Origin: Desulfuromonadales bacterium
Lineage (GTDB): Bacteria > Desulfobacterota > Desulfuromonadia > Desulfuromonadales > SZUA-540
Direction: 5' to 3'
Assembly: GCA_033549025.1 (NCBI GenBank)
Contig: JAWSUS010000007.1
Span: 1 to 64,000 of the forward strand
Length of the DNA: 64,000 bases
Part shown: piece after piece, positions 10,291 to 21,118 of the stretch
How the letters are laid out: every line of letters begins with the position of its first letter
Numbering within the stretch: the first letter of the stretch is position 1
Program-made: the position numbers and the translations under genes
The notes under the pieces: generated by a model
What the model was told of the DNA's origin: nothing
The model's input: only the letters and a program-made list of their open reading frames with translations
Databases searched by the model: none

Positions 10291-10431
10291 GTGCACTCTA
10301 ACGACAAAAACGAATCGGAAGAAATCATGATTCTCGGCCACGATCCCTGGCCGGGATATAGGCCGGTGTTTTACGTGGTCTTTGCCATAGGGGTACTTTA
10401 CTTGGCTTTTATCTTCCTGAATACACTGTAA
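10291..10431 (+). CDS. 46-aa membrane microprotein (not in ORF track)
   Basis: GGAGG RBS and GTG start; MHSNDKNESEEIMILGHDPWPGYRPVFYVVFAIGVLYLAFIFLNTL with one C-terminal TM helix. Confidence 0.65.
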   Translation: MHSNDKNESEEIMILGHDPWPGYRPVFYVVFAIGVLYLAFIFLNTL

Positions 10432-10448
10432 TCAAGGGGTCCCGAAGC

Positions 10449-10712
10449 ATGAAGAGACAAGGGGAAGCGGACAACCGAAAACATGTTTTTGACAACCCCC
10501 GCAACGTGAGACGATTGCTGGTCATTTTTTATACCTGTGTCGTGCTGTTGCTGAGCCTGGATTTTTTCCATCATAAGCATGCCTACTTCCCTTGGGAGGA
10601 AGGCTTCGGGTTCTACGCGGTATATGGGTTTGTCGCCTGTGTCGTACTGGTGCTTGTAGCCAAGTACATCCTTCGTCCCCTGGTGATCCGGAAAGAGGAT
10701 TATTATGATTAA
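10449..10712 (+). CDS. Small two-TM protein in the antiporter operon
   Basis: 87 aa ending RKEDYYD; overlaps the start of the next gene. Confidence 0.75.
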   Translation: MKRQGEADNRKHVFDNPRNVRRLLVIFYTCVVLLLSLDFFHHKHAYFPWEEGFGFYAVYGFVACVVLVLVAKYILRPLVIRKEDYYD

Positions 10713-12483
10713 CGCCCTGCCCCCGGCATTGGTCCTCATAATCGGCGCCCTAGCGGTTCCCTTTTTGCGGGGGAAGGTCAGAAGCGCCTGGCTTCTCCTG
10801 CTGCCCGTGCTCAGTTTTGTCAATCTTCTGGGTTTGCCAGAGGGAAGCCACTGGATCGTACCGTTCATGGGGCATGAGCTGGTGTTGTCCAGGGTAGACA
10901 AGCTGAGCCTGATATTCGGCTACATTTTTCACCTAGTTTCCTTTCTGGCTATCCTCTATGCGCTGCACGTGGATGACAATCTTCAGCACGTCGCCGGTCT
11001 GATCTACGCCGGCGCTGCCCTAGGGGCCACTTTCGCCGGAGACCTGTTCACCCTCTTCGTGTTCTGGGAAGCCCTGACCATAAGTGCCACCTTCCTGATC
11101 TTGGCCCGTCGAACCTCCAAGGCACTGGGCGCCGGCTTCCGCTATTTCATTATGCATGTGGCGGGTGGACTTTGTCTTCTGGCGGGCATCGTGCTTTATG
11201 TCAACGAGACCGGTTCGTTCGCTTTCAACTATATCGGTCTGGGGGGTCTGTCCTCCTATTTGATCTTTATCGGTTTCGGACTGAACTGCGCCTGGCCGAT
11301 GCTACACACTTGGCTGAGCGATGCCTATCCCGAGGCGACGATCACGGGGACGATTTTTCTCAGCGCCTTTACGACTAAGACGGCCATCTATGCGCTGGCC
11401 CGAGCTTTTCCCGGCGCCGAGCCACTGATATGGATCGGCGCCGTTATGGCGGGGTTCCCCATTTTCTACGCGGTCATTGAAAACGACCTGCGACGGGTTC
11501 TGGCCTACAGCCTGATCAACCAGGTCGGATTCATGGTGGTTGGCATAGGGATCGGCACGCAATTGGCGATAAACGGGGCCGTGGCCCATGCCTTCAACGA
11601 TATCCTGTTCAAGGGGCTGTTGTTTATGAGTATGGGGGCGGTGATGTACCGCACTGGCAAGATCAATGCCACGGACCTGGGCGGGTTGTATAAGTCGATG
11701 CCCTGGACTTGCACGTTTTGCATCGTCGGCGCCGCCTCAATTTCGGCATTCCCCCTCTTCAGCGGGTTCGTCAGTAAGTCGATGGTCATGGAGGCCGCGG
11801 CGATAGGAGGGATGCGCTGGATCTGGTTAGTCCTGTTGTTCGCCTCGGCGGGGGTTTTTCACCATGCCGGCATAAAGATCCCCTTCTTCGCCTTCTTCTC
11901 CCATGATTCAGGGCTGCGCTGCAAAGAAGCTCCCCGTCATATGCTGCTCGCCATGGGGATAACGGCGATACTCTGTATCTTCATCGGCACTTTCCCCAAA
12001 TATCTCTACAGCCTGCTCCCCTACGCCACGGAGTATCAGCCCTATACCGCCAGCCACGTTATCGCCCAGACCCAATTGCTGTTCTTCTCGGCTCTGGCGT
12101 TCACCCTGCTATTGCTCTCGGGGATCTACCCGGCGGAGATGCGCTCAATCAATATCGATTTCGACTGGTTCTACCGCAAAGGGGGGAGGTTCTTCTACGC
12201 GCTGTCTGCCCATGTCTTTAATGGCCTCAATGCCTGGGCGGACAGGATTTTCGTGCAACGCCTGCCAGCGCGCCTGGCCAGCTTTTTTGCCGAACCGGGT
12301 GCGAATGTACAGAAATACGCTCTGCGATTGCTTTCCGAGGGAGCTGGCGATGACGGGGAGTATGCCGAAGGAGCCCGGCAGATCGACCGCCGCAGTCGCG
12401 CCGGTGCCTATCCGGTGGGTTTATGGGTTCTGCTGGCCGTCGTCTTTCTGGCCATCATGTCTGTGCTCTTTTTCGCGGTGTAG
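10705..12483 (+). CDS. MrpD/MrpA-like antiporter subunit, copy 3
   Basis: DLFTLFVFWE, HTWLSDAYPEA and LRRVLAYSLINQVG motifs. Confidence 0.85.
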   Translation: MINALPPALVLIIGALAVPFLRGKVRSAWLLLLPVLSFVNLLGLPEGSHWIVPFMGHELVLSRVDKLSLIFGYIFHLVSFLAILYALHVDDNLQHVAGLIYAGAALGATFAGDLFTLFVFWEALTISATFLILARRTSKALGAGFRYFIMHVAGGLCLLAGIVLYVNETGSFAFNYIGLGGLSSYLIFIGFGLNCAWPMLHTWLSDAYPEATITGTIFLSAFTTKTAIYALARAFPGAEPLIWIGAVMAGFPIFYAVIENDLRRVLAYSLINQVGFMVVGIGIGTQLAINGAVAHAFNDILFKGLLFMSMGAVMYRTGKINATDLGGLYKSMPWTCTFCIVGAASISAFPLFSGFVSKSMVMEAAAIGGMRWIWLVLLFASAGVFHHAGIKIPFFAFFSHDSGLRCKEAPRHMLLAMGITAILCIFIGTFPKYLYSLLPYATEYQPYTASHVIAQTQLLFFSALAFTLLLLSGIYPAEMRSINIDFDWFYRKGGRFFYALSAHVFNGLNAWADRIFVQRLPARLASFFAEPGANVQKYALRLLSEGAGDDGEYAEGARQIDRRSRAGAYPVGLWVLLAVVFLAIMSVLFFAV

Positions 12484-12529
12484 CTAAGGAACGGACCGCT
12501 CAGGCGGGCCGGCCCATCAGGGAGGTAAC

Positions 12530-13006
12530 ATGGTGAACCGATTCTTGCTGGCTCTTGATCCCTCACCCCATTCTCGTCAGGCCGCTGAATACCTCGCCGC
12601 CATTGCCGGTCAACTCAAGGGCAGCCAGGTCGTGCTGTTGAGTGTTCTGCCCACTTGGCCATCCGGCGTGAGCAGTCCGGTCACCGATGAGCCCGTCATG
12701 CTGACCGGGGAAGTTCATGGCGGGGAGGACGCCGGCGAACGGCTCGGCCAGGCCCAGGCATTCATGGCGGAGATCGTCGCGCTGTTTCAGCATCGCGGCC
12801 TCGAGGCGGACCGGATTCAGCGTCTCATCGTTCCCCAGGACAAGGGCGTCGCCGAAGACATCGTCGCCGCGGCCGAGAAGCACGAATGCGACACGGTGGT
12901 GGTGGGGCGGCGGGATCTTTCGGCCGTGCAGTCCATCTTTCTCGGCAGTGTCTCGTCCGAGCTCGTCAAAAATCTGGAGGGGCGCACGGTCTGGGTGGTG
13001 GAATAG
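12530..13006 (+). CDS. Universal stress protein
   Basis: LLALDPS, DTVVVGRR, LGSVS and TVWVV motifs. Confidence 0.9.
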   Translation: MVNRFLLALDPSPHSRQAAEYLAAIAGQLKGSQVVLLSVLPTWPSGVSSPVTDEPVMLTGEVHGGEDAGERLGQAQAFMAEIVALFQHRGLEADRIQRLIVPQDKGVAEDIVAAAEKHECDTVVVGRRDLSAVQSIFLGSVSSELVKNLEGRTVWVVE

Positions 13007-13036
13007 CAACGCGCCAAGCTTCCTCTCCGCACATTT

Positions 13037-14167
13037 ATGAAAGCCCTCTATCTCCACATCCCCTTCTGTCTGCGCAAGTGCCCTTACTGCGATTTTTTTT
13101 CGGTCACCCGAACATCCCCTCTCTTTCAGGAATTCCCCCGACTGCTGATGGCCCATCTGCGTCTGCAGGCTGAACGGGACCAGGCCGGCCCTTTTTCCAC
13201 CGTCTTTTTCGGCGGCGGCACCCCTTCGCTGCTGAGCCCGTCCTCCGTGGAGGCGATCCTGGCGGAGGTGGATCGTCTGTTCGGCCTCGAGGCCGAGGCG
13301 GAGGTGACCCTCGAGGCCAACCCCGGCACCCTGAGTCTCGACATTCTCTCTGGTTTCAGGGCGGCCGGAATCAATCGGCTCTCCCTGGGGCTGCAATCCC
13401 TCCGGGATGACAAGCTCCAGACGCTAGGGCGTCTGCATACGGCGGCAGAAGGCCGGCAGGCGGTAGGGTGGGCCAGGCAGGCGGGATTTGACAACCTGTC
13501 CTGCGACCTCATGTTCGGCCTGCCAGCGCAGTCGCTGTCCCAGTTGATGGCTGATGTGGAAGCCGTCCTCTCCCTGCAGCCCGAACATCTCTCCTGTTAT
13601 GGCCTGACCGTGGAAGAGGGCACCCCTTTTGAAGAACTGCAGCGCCAGGCGTTGCTGCACCCGGCCGCCGAAGACCTCGCCACCGAAATGTATGTGGCGC
13701 TGCATGAACGCCTGAGCGGCGCCGGCTACGACCACTATGAGATTTCCAACTACGCCCGGCCGGGGCACGCCTGCCGGCACAATCAGGTTTACTGGCGGCG
13801 CCAGGGTTATCTCGGCCTGGGGCCTGGCGCCCACAGTTTCAGCGACCAGGGCTGGGGGGAGCGTTGGGAGGTCCCCCCGGATATCGGCCGCTATGCCCGG
13901 GCCCTGAAGGAGGGGCGGGATCCGCGAACCCACCTCGAGACCTTTGACCGGCGCGGGGCCATGGCCGAAACCCTTTACCTCGGCCTGCGCGAGGCAGCGG
14001 GAGTCGACGAGGCGTGTTTCAGGGCGCGCTTTGGTCAGGGCGTAGCCGAGGCCTATCCCACCGCGGTACGCAAGGCGTCACCCCATCTGCTTTACGAAAA
14101 CGGGCGTTGGTATTTTGCCCTGTCAGGCTGGCTTCTCTACGATCATCTCATTCAGAATTTCCTGTAA
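13037..14167 (+). CDS. hemW: Radical SAM heme chaperone HemW (HemN-like)
   Basis: YLHIPFCLRKCPYCDF, GGGTPS, YEISNY and HNQVYW motifs; lies upstream of hrcA. Confidence 0.9.
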   Translation: MKALYLHIPFCLRKCPYCDFFSVTRTSPLFQEFPRLLMAHLRLQAERDQAGPFSTVFFGGGTPSLLSPSSVEAILAEVDRLFGLEAEAEVTLEANPGTLSLDILSGFRAAGINRLSLGLQSLRDDKLQTLGRLHTAAEGRQAVGWARQAGFDNLSCDLMFGLPAQSLSQLMADVEAVLSLQPEHLSCYGLTVEEGTPFEELQRQALLHPAAEDLATEMYVALHERLSGAGYDHYEISNYARPGHACRHNQVYWRRQGYLGLGPGAHSFSDQGWGERWEVPPDIGRYARALKEGRDPRTHLETFDRRGAMAETLYLGLREAAGVDEACFRARFGQGVAEAYPTAVRKASPHLLYENGRWYFALSGWLLYDHLIQNFL

Positions 14168-14197
14168 AAAGACGCGATTTTCTCCCGGGTTTTGCCC

Positions 14198-14226
14198 TTG
14201 ACAAAGCCAGGGGCCGTTGTTATGTT
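14198..14226 (+). promoter_or_regulatory. Sigma70-type promoter of the hrcA operon
   Basis: TTGACA-17 bp-TATGTT immediately before CIRCE. Confidence 0.7.
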
Positions 14227-14234
14227 GTTCACCG

Positions 14235-14261
14235 TTAGCACTCATAGGGTTCGAGTGCTAA
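14235..14261 (+). promoter_or_regulatory. CIRCE element (HrcA operator)
   Basis: Perfect TTAGCACTC-N9-GAGTGCTAA. Confidence 0.97.
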
Positions 14262-14316
14262 CAGGGTGTGGCAGGGCCGGGTCAGCCGGCTCCTGTTTTT
14301 TGTGGGACGGTGCGAT

Positions 14317-15357
14317 ATGGCAGAAGACCTGAATGAACGTGGTCGCCTGATACTGGAAGCCATCATCGAGGATTATATCGAGTCGGCTGAGCCGGTCGGT
14401 TCGCGCAGTGTGACCCGCCGCCATCAGATGGGGCTGTCGCCGGCGACGGTGCGCAATGTCATGGCCGACCTCGAAGATATGGGTTATCTCGTTTCGCCCC
14501 ATACCTCCGCCGGCCGGATTCCGACCGAAAAGGGCTATCGCTTTTACATCGATTCCCTTCTGCAGATTCGGCAACTCAGCCTGCGGGAACGCCAGGACCT
14601 GGAGCGCCGCTACCATTTCAGGGGGCTGCGGGTTGAAGAGCTTTTGCAGGAGGCGGGCAAGGCGCTGTCGGCCATCTCCAACTACACGGGGATCGTCATG
14701 GCCCCCCGTCTGGGCTCCACCGTCTTTCGCCATATCGAATTCCTGCGGCTGTCGCAGGGCAAGATTCTGGTGGTCTTTGTCTCCCAGAGCGGTCTGGTGC
14801 AGAACAAAATCATCGAGGTGGAGGAGCCCATCCGCCAGGATGAACTGGAAAAGATCACCAACATGCTCAACCATACCCTGACCGGGAAGACCATCCAGGA
14901 GATCAAGGAGAAGATCCTGGATGAAATGTCCCGGGAGAAGGCCCTTTACAACCAGCTCCTGCAAAGAGCGCTGCTGCTTTCGGGCGAGGCTCTCAAGGAC
15001 GAACTCGGCGGCCAGGTCTTTATCGAAGGGGCGTCCAATATCATGGAACAGCCCGAATTCTCGGATCTGGAGCGGATGAAACGGTTGTTCCGGACCTTTG
15101 AGCAGAAGAGTATGCTGGTCGACCTGCTCGACAAGAGTCAGAAGGCGCAGGGTGTGCAGATTTTTATCGGAAGCGCGACGGAATACAGTGAAATCGAAGG
15201 GTGCAGCCTGGTGACTTCCTCGTATTCCGATCGCCAGGGAACCATCGGAACCCTTGGGGTTATCGGCCCGAGCCGCATGCCCTATTCCATGGTCATCCCC
15301 ATAGTCGACTATACCGCTAAACTGGTAAGCCAGATTCTGGCTATCGAATCGGAGTAG
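14317..15357 (+). CDS. hrcA: Heat-inducible repressor HrcA
   Basis: SPATVRNVMADLE and PHTSAGRIPTEKGYRFY motifs; ATG at 14317. Confidence 0.95.
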   Translation: MAEDLNERGRLILEAIIEDYIESAEPVGSRSVTRRHQMGLSPATVRNVMADLEDMGYLVSPHTSAGRIPTEKGYRFYIDSLLQIRQLSLRERQDLERRYHFRGLRVEELLQEAGKALSAISNYTGIVMAPRLGSTVFRHIEFLRLSQGKILVVFVSQSGLVQNKIIEVEEPIRQDELEKITNMLNHTLTGKTIQEIKEKILDEMSREKALYNQLLQRALLLSGEALKDELGGQVFIEGASNIMEQPEFSDLERMKRLFRTFEQKSMLVDLLDKSQKAQGVQIFIGSATEYSEIEGCSLVTSSYSDRQGTIGTLGVIGPSRMPYSMVIPIVDYTAKLVSQILAIESE

Positions 15358-15369
15358 GAGAGCAAGACA

Positions 15370-15966
15370 GTGTCAGAGACCAAAAAGGATAATCAGGAGA
15401 TGCCCGCTGCGGGTGAAAACGAAGAGATGCCGGCCGCTGAGGAGATTCCCGTCGGGGAACCCGGTGCCGAGTCGGCTTCGGAAGCGGCCCTGGCCGCCGC
15501 CAAGGAAGAGGCCGCCCGCCATTATGATCAATACGTGCGGGCCTGCGCCGACCTGGAAAACTATCGCAAGAGAGCGCAGCGGGAGAAAGAGGATCTGGCC
15601 CGCTTTGCCAATGAAAATCTCATTCGCGAGTTTTTGCCGGTCCTGGACAATTTGGAGCGTGCCGTCGAGCATGCCTCGACGGAAGAAGAGGCCGCCAAGG
15701 GTCTGCTTGAAGGGGTGCGCATGACCATGGACCAGTTCCGGAAGGCCTTGGCTAAATTCGGCGTCGTTCCCATTGAAGCGCTGGGCAAGCCCTTTGATTC
15801 CGCCGTTCATGAGGCCATGGGGCAGATCGAAAGTGCGGACCAGCCCCCCAACACGGTCGCGCAGGAGCTGCAAAAGGGCTATCTGCTGAACGACCGGCTG
15901 TTGCGTCCGGCCCTGGTCATGGTGACGCGCGCGGCGGCAAAGACGCCCGAGACGGAGACTCCCTGA
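15370..15966 (+). CDS. grpE: Nucleotide exchange factor GrpE
   Basis: ENYRKR and QKGYLLNDRLLRPALV motifs. Confidence 0.95.
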   Translation: MSETKKDNQEMPAAGENEEMPAAEEIPVGEPGAESASEAALAAAKEEAARHYDQYVRACADLENYRKRAQREKEDLARFANENLIREFLPVLDNLERAVEHASTEEEAAKGLLEGVRMTMDQFRKALAKFGVVPIEALGKPFDSAVHEAMGQIESADQPPNTVAQELQKGYLLNDRLLRPALVMVTRAAAKTPETETP

Positions 15967-16018
15967 ACATTTCGGCAAAGAGAACAAACAGCTAAACGTC
16001 TAAAGGAGGATATATATC

Positions 16019-17932
16019 ATGGCTAAAGTAATCGGTATCGATCTGGGAACGACCAATTCCTGCGTGGCGATCATGGAAGGTGGCGAGCCCATTGTCATAG
16101 CGAATTCGGAAGGATCCCGCACCACCCCGTCCATGGTGGCTTTCACCGAAAGCGGCGAGCGGGTAGTCGGCCAGCAGGCCAAACGCCAGGCGGTGACCAA
16201 TCCCGAAAACACCCTGTTTGCCATCAAACGTCTCATCGGGCGCAAGTTCGACACGGAAGCGGTGGCCAAGGACATCAAGATCAGCCCGTTCAAGATCACC
16301 AAGGCGGAAAACGGCGATGCCTGGGTGGAAGCCCGCGGCAAGCAGTACAGCCCCCCGGAAATCTCCGCCATGGTTCTGCAGAAGATGAAGCAGACGGCGG
16401 AAGACTATCTCGGCGAGACGGTCACCGAGGCCGTCATCACCGTGCCCGCTTATTTTGACGATTCCCAGCGCCAGGCGACCAAGGATGCCGGCAAGATCGC
16501 CGGTCTCAACGTGCTGCGCATCATCAACGAGCCGACGGCGGCGGCCCTGGCCTACGGCCTGGACAAGAAAAAGGAAGAGAAGATCGCCGTTTTCGACCTG
16601 GGTGGAGGCACCTTTGACATCTCCATCCTGGAACTCGGCGACGGTGTTTTCGAGGTCAAATCGACCAATGGCGACACCTTTCTCGGTGGTGAGGATTTCG
16701 ACCAGCGCATCATCGACTACATCGCCGATGAGTTCAAAAAAGATCAGGGCATCGACCTGCGCGGCGACAAAATGGCTCTGCAGCGCCTGAAAGAAGGGGC
16801 TGAAAAGGCCAAGATCGAGCTGTCGTCCTCCATGGAGACCGACATCAATCTGCCCTTTATCACCGCGGATCAGAGCGGCCCCAAACATCTCAACCTCAAG
16901 CTGACCCGGGCCAAGCTCGAGAGCATCTGTGCCGACCTGCTCGACAAACTGGTCAACCCCTGTAAGGTCGCCCTCAAGGATGCCGGCCTGTCGGCTTCCG
17001 AGATCGACGAGGTCATTCTGGTCGGTGGCATGACCCGCATGCCGGCGGTGCAGAAAAAAGTGCAGGACATCTTCGGCAAGACGCCCAGCAAAGGGGTCAA
17101 TCCGGACGAGGTCGTGGCTATCGGGGCGGCAATTCAAGGCGGTGTCCTCAAAGGCGACGTCAAGGATGTGTTGCTGCTGGACGTCACCCCGCTCTCCCTG
17201 GGTATTGAAACCCTGGGTGGGGTCATGACCAAGCTGATCGAGAAGAACACCACCATCCCCTGCAAGAAGAGCCAGATTTTCTCGACGGCTGCCGACAATC
17301 AGCCCGCCGTCTCGGTGCATGTCCTGCAGGGTGAGCGCGAGATGGCCTCCGACAACAAGACCATCGGCCGTTTCGAGCTCGTCGGCATCCCGGCAGCCCC
17401 CCGCGGCGTTCCCCAGATCGAGGTGACCTTCGATCTGGATGCCAACGGCATTCTGCACGTATCGGCCAAGGATCTCGGCACCGGCAAGGAACAGTCCATC
17501 CGCATCACCGCCTCTTCCGGTCTGTCCGAGGAAGAAATCGAGAAGATGGTCAAGGATGCCGAGAGCCACGCTTCCGAGGACAAGAAGAAACGAGAGCTGA
17601 TCGAAGCCCGCAATCAGGCGGACAGCCTGGTCTACACCACCGAGAAGTCCCTCAAGGAGCACGGCGACCAGGTGGACGCCGACACCCGCAAGAAGATCGA
17701 GGAGGGCCTCGAAGCGCTGAAAAAAGCCATGGAGGGCAGTGACGCCGACGAGATCAAGAAGAAGTCGGAAGAACTGGCCCAGGCCAGCCACAAGCTTGCC
17801 GAGGCTATGTATGCCAAGGCCCAGGCGGCAGAGGGCGCGGCTCCGGAAGAAGGCGCCGCCGGTCCCAAAGACGCGGGTCCCGACGACGTGGTCGACGCCG
17901 AGTTCGAAGAAGTCGACGACTCCAAGAAATAA
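16019..17932 (+). CDS. dnaK: Chaperone DnaK
   Basis: [17 protein letters not shown] and C-terminal DAEFEEV. Confidence 0.98.
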   Translation: MAKVIGIDLGTTNSCVAIMEGGEPIVIANSEGSRTTPSMVAFTESGERVVGQQAKRQAVTNPENTLFAIKRLIGRKFDTEAVAKDIKISPFKITKAENGDAWVEARGKQYSPPEISAMVLQKMKQTAEDYLGETVTEAVITVPAYFDDSQRQATKDAGKIAGLNVLRIINEPTAAALAYGLDKKKEEKIAVFDLGGGTFDISILELGDGVFEVKSTNGDTFLGGEDFDQRIIDYIADEFKKDQGIDLRGDKMALQRLKEGAEKAKIELSSSMETDINLPFITADQSGPKHLNLKLTRAKLESICADLLDKLVNPCKVALKDAGLSASEIDEVILVGGMTRMPAVQKKVQDIFGKTPSKGVNPDEVVAIGAAIQGGVLKGDVKDVLLLDVTPLSLGIETLGGVMTKLIEKNTTIPCKKSQIFSTAADNQPAVSVHVLQGEREMASDNKTIGRFELVGIPAAPRGVPQIEVTFDLDANGILHVSAKDLGTGKEQSIRITASSGLSEEEIEKMVKDAESHASEDKKKRELIEARNQADSLVYTTEKSLKEHGDQVDADTRKKIEEGLEALKKAMEGSDADEIKKKSEELAQASHKLAEAMYAKAQAAEGAAPEEGAAGPKDAGPDDVVDAEFEEVDDSKK

Positions 17933-17959
17933 CTGGATTCCACAGTTTATCTGCAGCCC

Positions 17960-17989
17960 GGTAGGGGCACGGTGCGCCGTGCCCCTACC
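17960..17989. repeat. GTAG-type REP-like palindrome between dnaK and dnaJ
   Basis: GGTAGGGGCACGG-TGCG-CCGTGCCCCTACC: perfect 13-bp stem, no U-tract. Confidence 0.6.
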
Positions 17990-18021
17990 ACCATTTTGAC
18001 CCCAGGAAAAAGGATCGACTC

Positions 18022-19137
18022 TTGGCCAACGGCAAACGTGATTATTACGAAGTACTGGAAGTCAACCGCAATGCCAGCGAAACGGAGATAAAAAAAGCTT
18101 ATCGCCGCCTGGCCATCAAGTTTCACCCGGACAAAAACCCCGGTGACAAGGAAGCGGAAGACCGCTTCAAGGAACTCTCCGAGGCCTACGCGGTGCTTTC
18201 CGATCCCCAGAAACGCGCCACCTATGACCAGTACGGCCACGCCGGTCTCGGCGGCGGCGGTTTTTCCTCTGAAGGGTTCGGTTTCGGCGGCAGTCCCTTT
18301 GAAGATATTTTTGGCGACATTTTCGGCGATATCTTCGGTGGCGGCACGCGACGCGGTCGGGGCAGACGCGGCGACGATCTGCGCTACAACCTGACCATCT
18401 CCTTCGAGGAAGCCGCTTTCGGCGTCGAAACCAAGATTCAGATCCCCAAGTACCAGAGCTGCGAGGCCTGCGACGGCTCCGGAGCCAAAAAAGGAACCAG
18501 CGCCAAAACCTGTCCCACCTGCCGTGGGGCCGGACAGGTGCGTTACCAGCAGGGTTTTTTCTCCCTGACCAGACCCTGTCCTGACTGTGCCGGTGAAGGG
18601 AAGATCATCGACAGTCCCTGCCCGGAGTGCAAAGGGAGCGGACGCATCAAGGGGAAGAAGACGGTTTCCCTGAAAATTCCGGCCGGGGTGGAAACGGGCA
18701 ACCGTCTCAAACTTAACGGGGAGGGGGAAGCCGGCTCCCAGGGCGGCCCCCCAGGCGACCTATTTGTGGTGATCACCGTGAAGGAACATCCCCTTTTCCA
18801 GCGCGAGGGGCAGGATATCCTTTGCGAGACGCCCATCTCCTTCGTGCAGGCCGCCTTGGGCTGTGAGTTTGAGGTGCCGACCCTGGAGAAGAAGGTCAAG
18901 ATCAAGGTTGCCCCCGGTACTCAATCGGGAAAGGTTCTCAGGCTGCAGGGTCTGGGCTTCCCATCCCTGCAAGGGTATTCCAGAGGGGATCAGCTGGTGG
19001 TGCTGCGGGTGGAGACGCCCACCAAGCTGACGGCGCGGCAGCGGGAGCTGCTCGAAGAATTCGCCCGGGAAGAGGGTGAGGAATGCCATCCCATGGGAAA
19101 GAGTTTCTTCACCAAGGTCAAGGAACTGTTCGGCTAG
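18022..19137 (+). CDS. dnaJ: Chaperone DnaJ
   Basis: HPDKN J-domain, G/F-rich region, four CxxCxGxG repeats. Confidence 0.97.
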   Translation: MANGKRDYYEVLEVNRNASETEIKKAYRRLAIKFHPDKNPGDKEAEDRFKELSEAYAVLSDPQKRATYDQYGHAGLGGGGFSSEGFGFGGSPFEDIFGDIFGDIFGGGTRRGRGRRGDDLRYNLTISFEEAAFGVETKIQIPKYQSCEACDGSGAKKGTSAKTCPTCRGAGQVRYQQGFFSLTRPCPDCAGEGKIIDSPCPECKGSGRIKGKKTVSLKIPAGVETGNRLKLNGEGEAGSQGGPPGDLFVVITVKEHPLFQREGQDILCETPISFVQAALGCEFEVPTLEKKVKIKVAPGTQSGKVLRLQGLGFPSLQGYSRGDQLVVLRVETPTKLTARQRELLEEFAREEGEECHPMGKSFFTKVKELFG

Positions 19138-19188
19138 TGAGAACGACCATGAAAAGAGCTTGACGTGGCCGTTTTGGAAGGGGGAGCG

Positions 19189-21081
19189 ATGAAAGGCATT
19201 GTAATCGGGTTCCTGGCCCTGTGGGTCGGTCTGGCCGGCGTACCAATGGCACTGGCTGTGGAAGAAGAACTATCGGCGATACCGGTCACGGTAGCGGCCG
19301 CACCCGACCTGCAGGCCTTTGAGGCGGGCAAGACCTTGTTGTCTCTGGGCCAGCCGGAGGCCGCCCTGGCGGCGCTGCGAACTTTTCTGGAGGATTATCC
19401 CGCTTCCGATTATGTGCCTCAGGCCCACCTTCTGTTGGCCCGGATATTTCAGAACCGTGGAGAGACAGATCTGGTTTTTCTGCACCTGGACCGTGTCCCG
19501 GAAAGTGCCAAGGGACCGGAAGGCCGGATCGTTGAAGGAGCCGCCCTCGTATCGGCCGGTCACCTTGAACGCGGCCTGGCTTTGTTGACGAAGGGGCAGC
19601 CCGCCTCTCTGTCGCCCGAAGTCCGGATGATGCGCCTGAACGCGCTGGCTGAGGCACATGCCCTGCAGGGCAGGCATCTCGAAGCGTTGGTGTTGATGCA
19701 CCGGATGGGGGAGCTGGATGCGGCGGTGCTCGGTCGCGCCCAGCGCGCCATGCGTGAAGAATTACGTGATGATGAGCTGGCCGAGGCCGCCTTCATGTTT
19801 GCCGGCGGCCCCTTAGGCCTTGAAGCCGATTACGTGCTCGCCTCCCGCGCTTTTGAGCGGGGAGAAAGGCAAAGAGCCGGGCTTGTGCTGGAGCGACTCG
19901 CCCAGACGAAAAAAGACTTTCCCTCCCGGGCGGAAGCCCTGAATCTTCTGGATCGGATAACCGGTCGGCCCTGGCTGCAGCGAACCATTGGGGCGGTGCT
20001 GCCTTTGAGTGGAAAGTTTGCCCCTTTTGGCGAACTGGTTCGTAAAGGCATGGCGCTTGCCGCTAACATCGAAGAGGTAGGCGCTTCGGAGGTCAATCTG
20101 GTTTTTCGTGATGGCGGAGGCGAAGCCGAGACCGCGGCCGCTGCCGTCAGAACGCTGGCCAGGGAAGACCGCGTCATGGCGGTAGCCGGTCCCCTGTCCG
20201 GCGTGGCCGCCGAAGCCGCTGCCGCGACCGCGCAGTCGGAGGCGGTGCCGCTCATGGCTCTCTCCCCGCGGGACGGGCTGGCCGCGATCGGCTCCTACGT
20301 GTTTCGAAATTCCCTGACCAGCCGCCTGCAGGCGGAGGCTTTGGCCCACTATGCCGTGGTAGAAAAAGGTCTGCACGGTTTCGCCGTTCTTTACCCGGAA
20401 AATAGACTGGGGCGGGAGATGGCGGAACTCTTCAGCGCGGCCGTGGAGGCACGCGGCGGGGTTGTGGTGAAGACCCAGGGCTTTCCAACGGAAGGCACGG
20501 ATTTTCGCCGCTCCATCAAATTGCTGCTGAACCAGGATCCTGATGCACCGGAAGAAGAAGCGGCGGAAGAAGGGGAGTCGGTCGAAGAAGAGACGTCTGC
20601 CTGCGCCACGCTGGATTTTGAGGCGCTCTTTATTCCGGATTACGCCGACCGCGTCGGCTTGCTGGTGCCCCAGTTGGCCTATTACGAGGTTGAGAATGTG
20701 CAGCTTCTCGGCATCAACGGCTGGAATTCACCGGAGTTGATCCGCGTGGCCGGCGATTATGTGGAAAAGGCCGTTTTTGTCGACGGCTTCTTCCCGTACA
20801 GCCCTTATCCCTTCGTGCAGGATTTTGTCGCGCGCTATTTCGAGGTCTACGGAGAAGAGCCGTCCATCCTGGAAGCTCAGGGCTATGACGTCGCCACCCT
20901 CTTGCTGTCGATTCTGTCGCGTCCGGAGATAAGGACGAGAGAAGACTTTCGGCAGGCACTCATGCAGGTCGTCAACTATCCCGGTGTCACCGGGGCGACC
21001 TCTTTCACCCCGGAGGGGGAGGCAGAAAAGGTTCTCTTTCTGCTGCAGGTTCAGAACGGAAATATCGTGCAGATCAATTGA
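19189..21081 (+). CDS. LpoA/LppC-like penicillin-binding protein activator (TPR plus periplasmic-binding fold)
   Basis: Signal peptide, helical N-terminal half, IGAVLPLSG, and AQGYD...GVTG C-terminus. Confidence 0.7.
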   Translation: MKGIVIGFLALWVGLAGVPMALAVEEELSAIPVTVAAAPDLQAFEAGKTLLSLGQPEAALAALRTFLEDYPASDYVPQAHLLLARIFQNRGETDLVFLHLDRVPESAKGPEGRIVEGAALVSAGHLERGLALLTKGQPASLSPEVRMMRLNALAEAHALQGRHLEALVLMHRMGELDAAVLGRAQRAMREELRDDELAEAAFMFAGGPLGLEADYVLASRAFERGERQRAGLVLERLAQTKKDFPSRAEALNLLDRITGRPWLQRTIGAVLPLSGKFAPFGELVRKGMALAANIEEVGASEVNLVFRDGGGEAETAAAAVRTLAREDRVMAVAGPLSGVAAEAAAATAQSEAVPLMALSPRDGLAAIGSYVFRNSLTSRLQAEALAHYAVVEKGLHGFAVLYPENRLGREMAELFSAAVEARGGVVVKTQGFPTEGTDFRRSIKLLLNQDPDAPEEEAAEEGESVEEETSACATLDFEALFIPDYADRVGLLVPQLAYYEVENVQLLGINGWNSPELIRVAGDYVEKAVFVDGFFPYSPYPFVQDFVARYFEVYGEEPSILEAQGYDVATLLLSILSRPEIRTREDFRQALMQVVNYPGVTGATSFTPEGEAEKVLFLLQVQNGNIVQIN

Positions 21082-21118
21082 TTATCGCGAGTTTTCCCGC
21101 GTCAAGGGGCCTTGCCGC

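Noticed and set aside
13037..14167. Coproporphyrinogen III oxidase HemN
   Set aside because: The short N-terminus, the HNxxYW motif and the position before hrcA indicate HemW.
15992..17791. 599-aa minus-strand ORF, and similar long antisense ORFs at 7354-9018, 23549-25510, 25901-27880 and 29798-31423
   Set aside because: These are shadow ORFs opposite well-supported GC-rich genes (dnaK, mnhD, glnS, cysS, acyl-CoA dehydrogenase) and show no motifs of their own.
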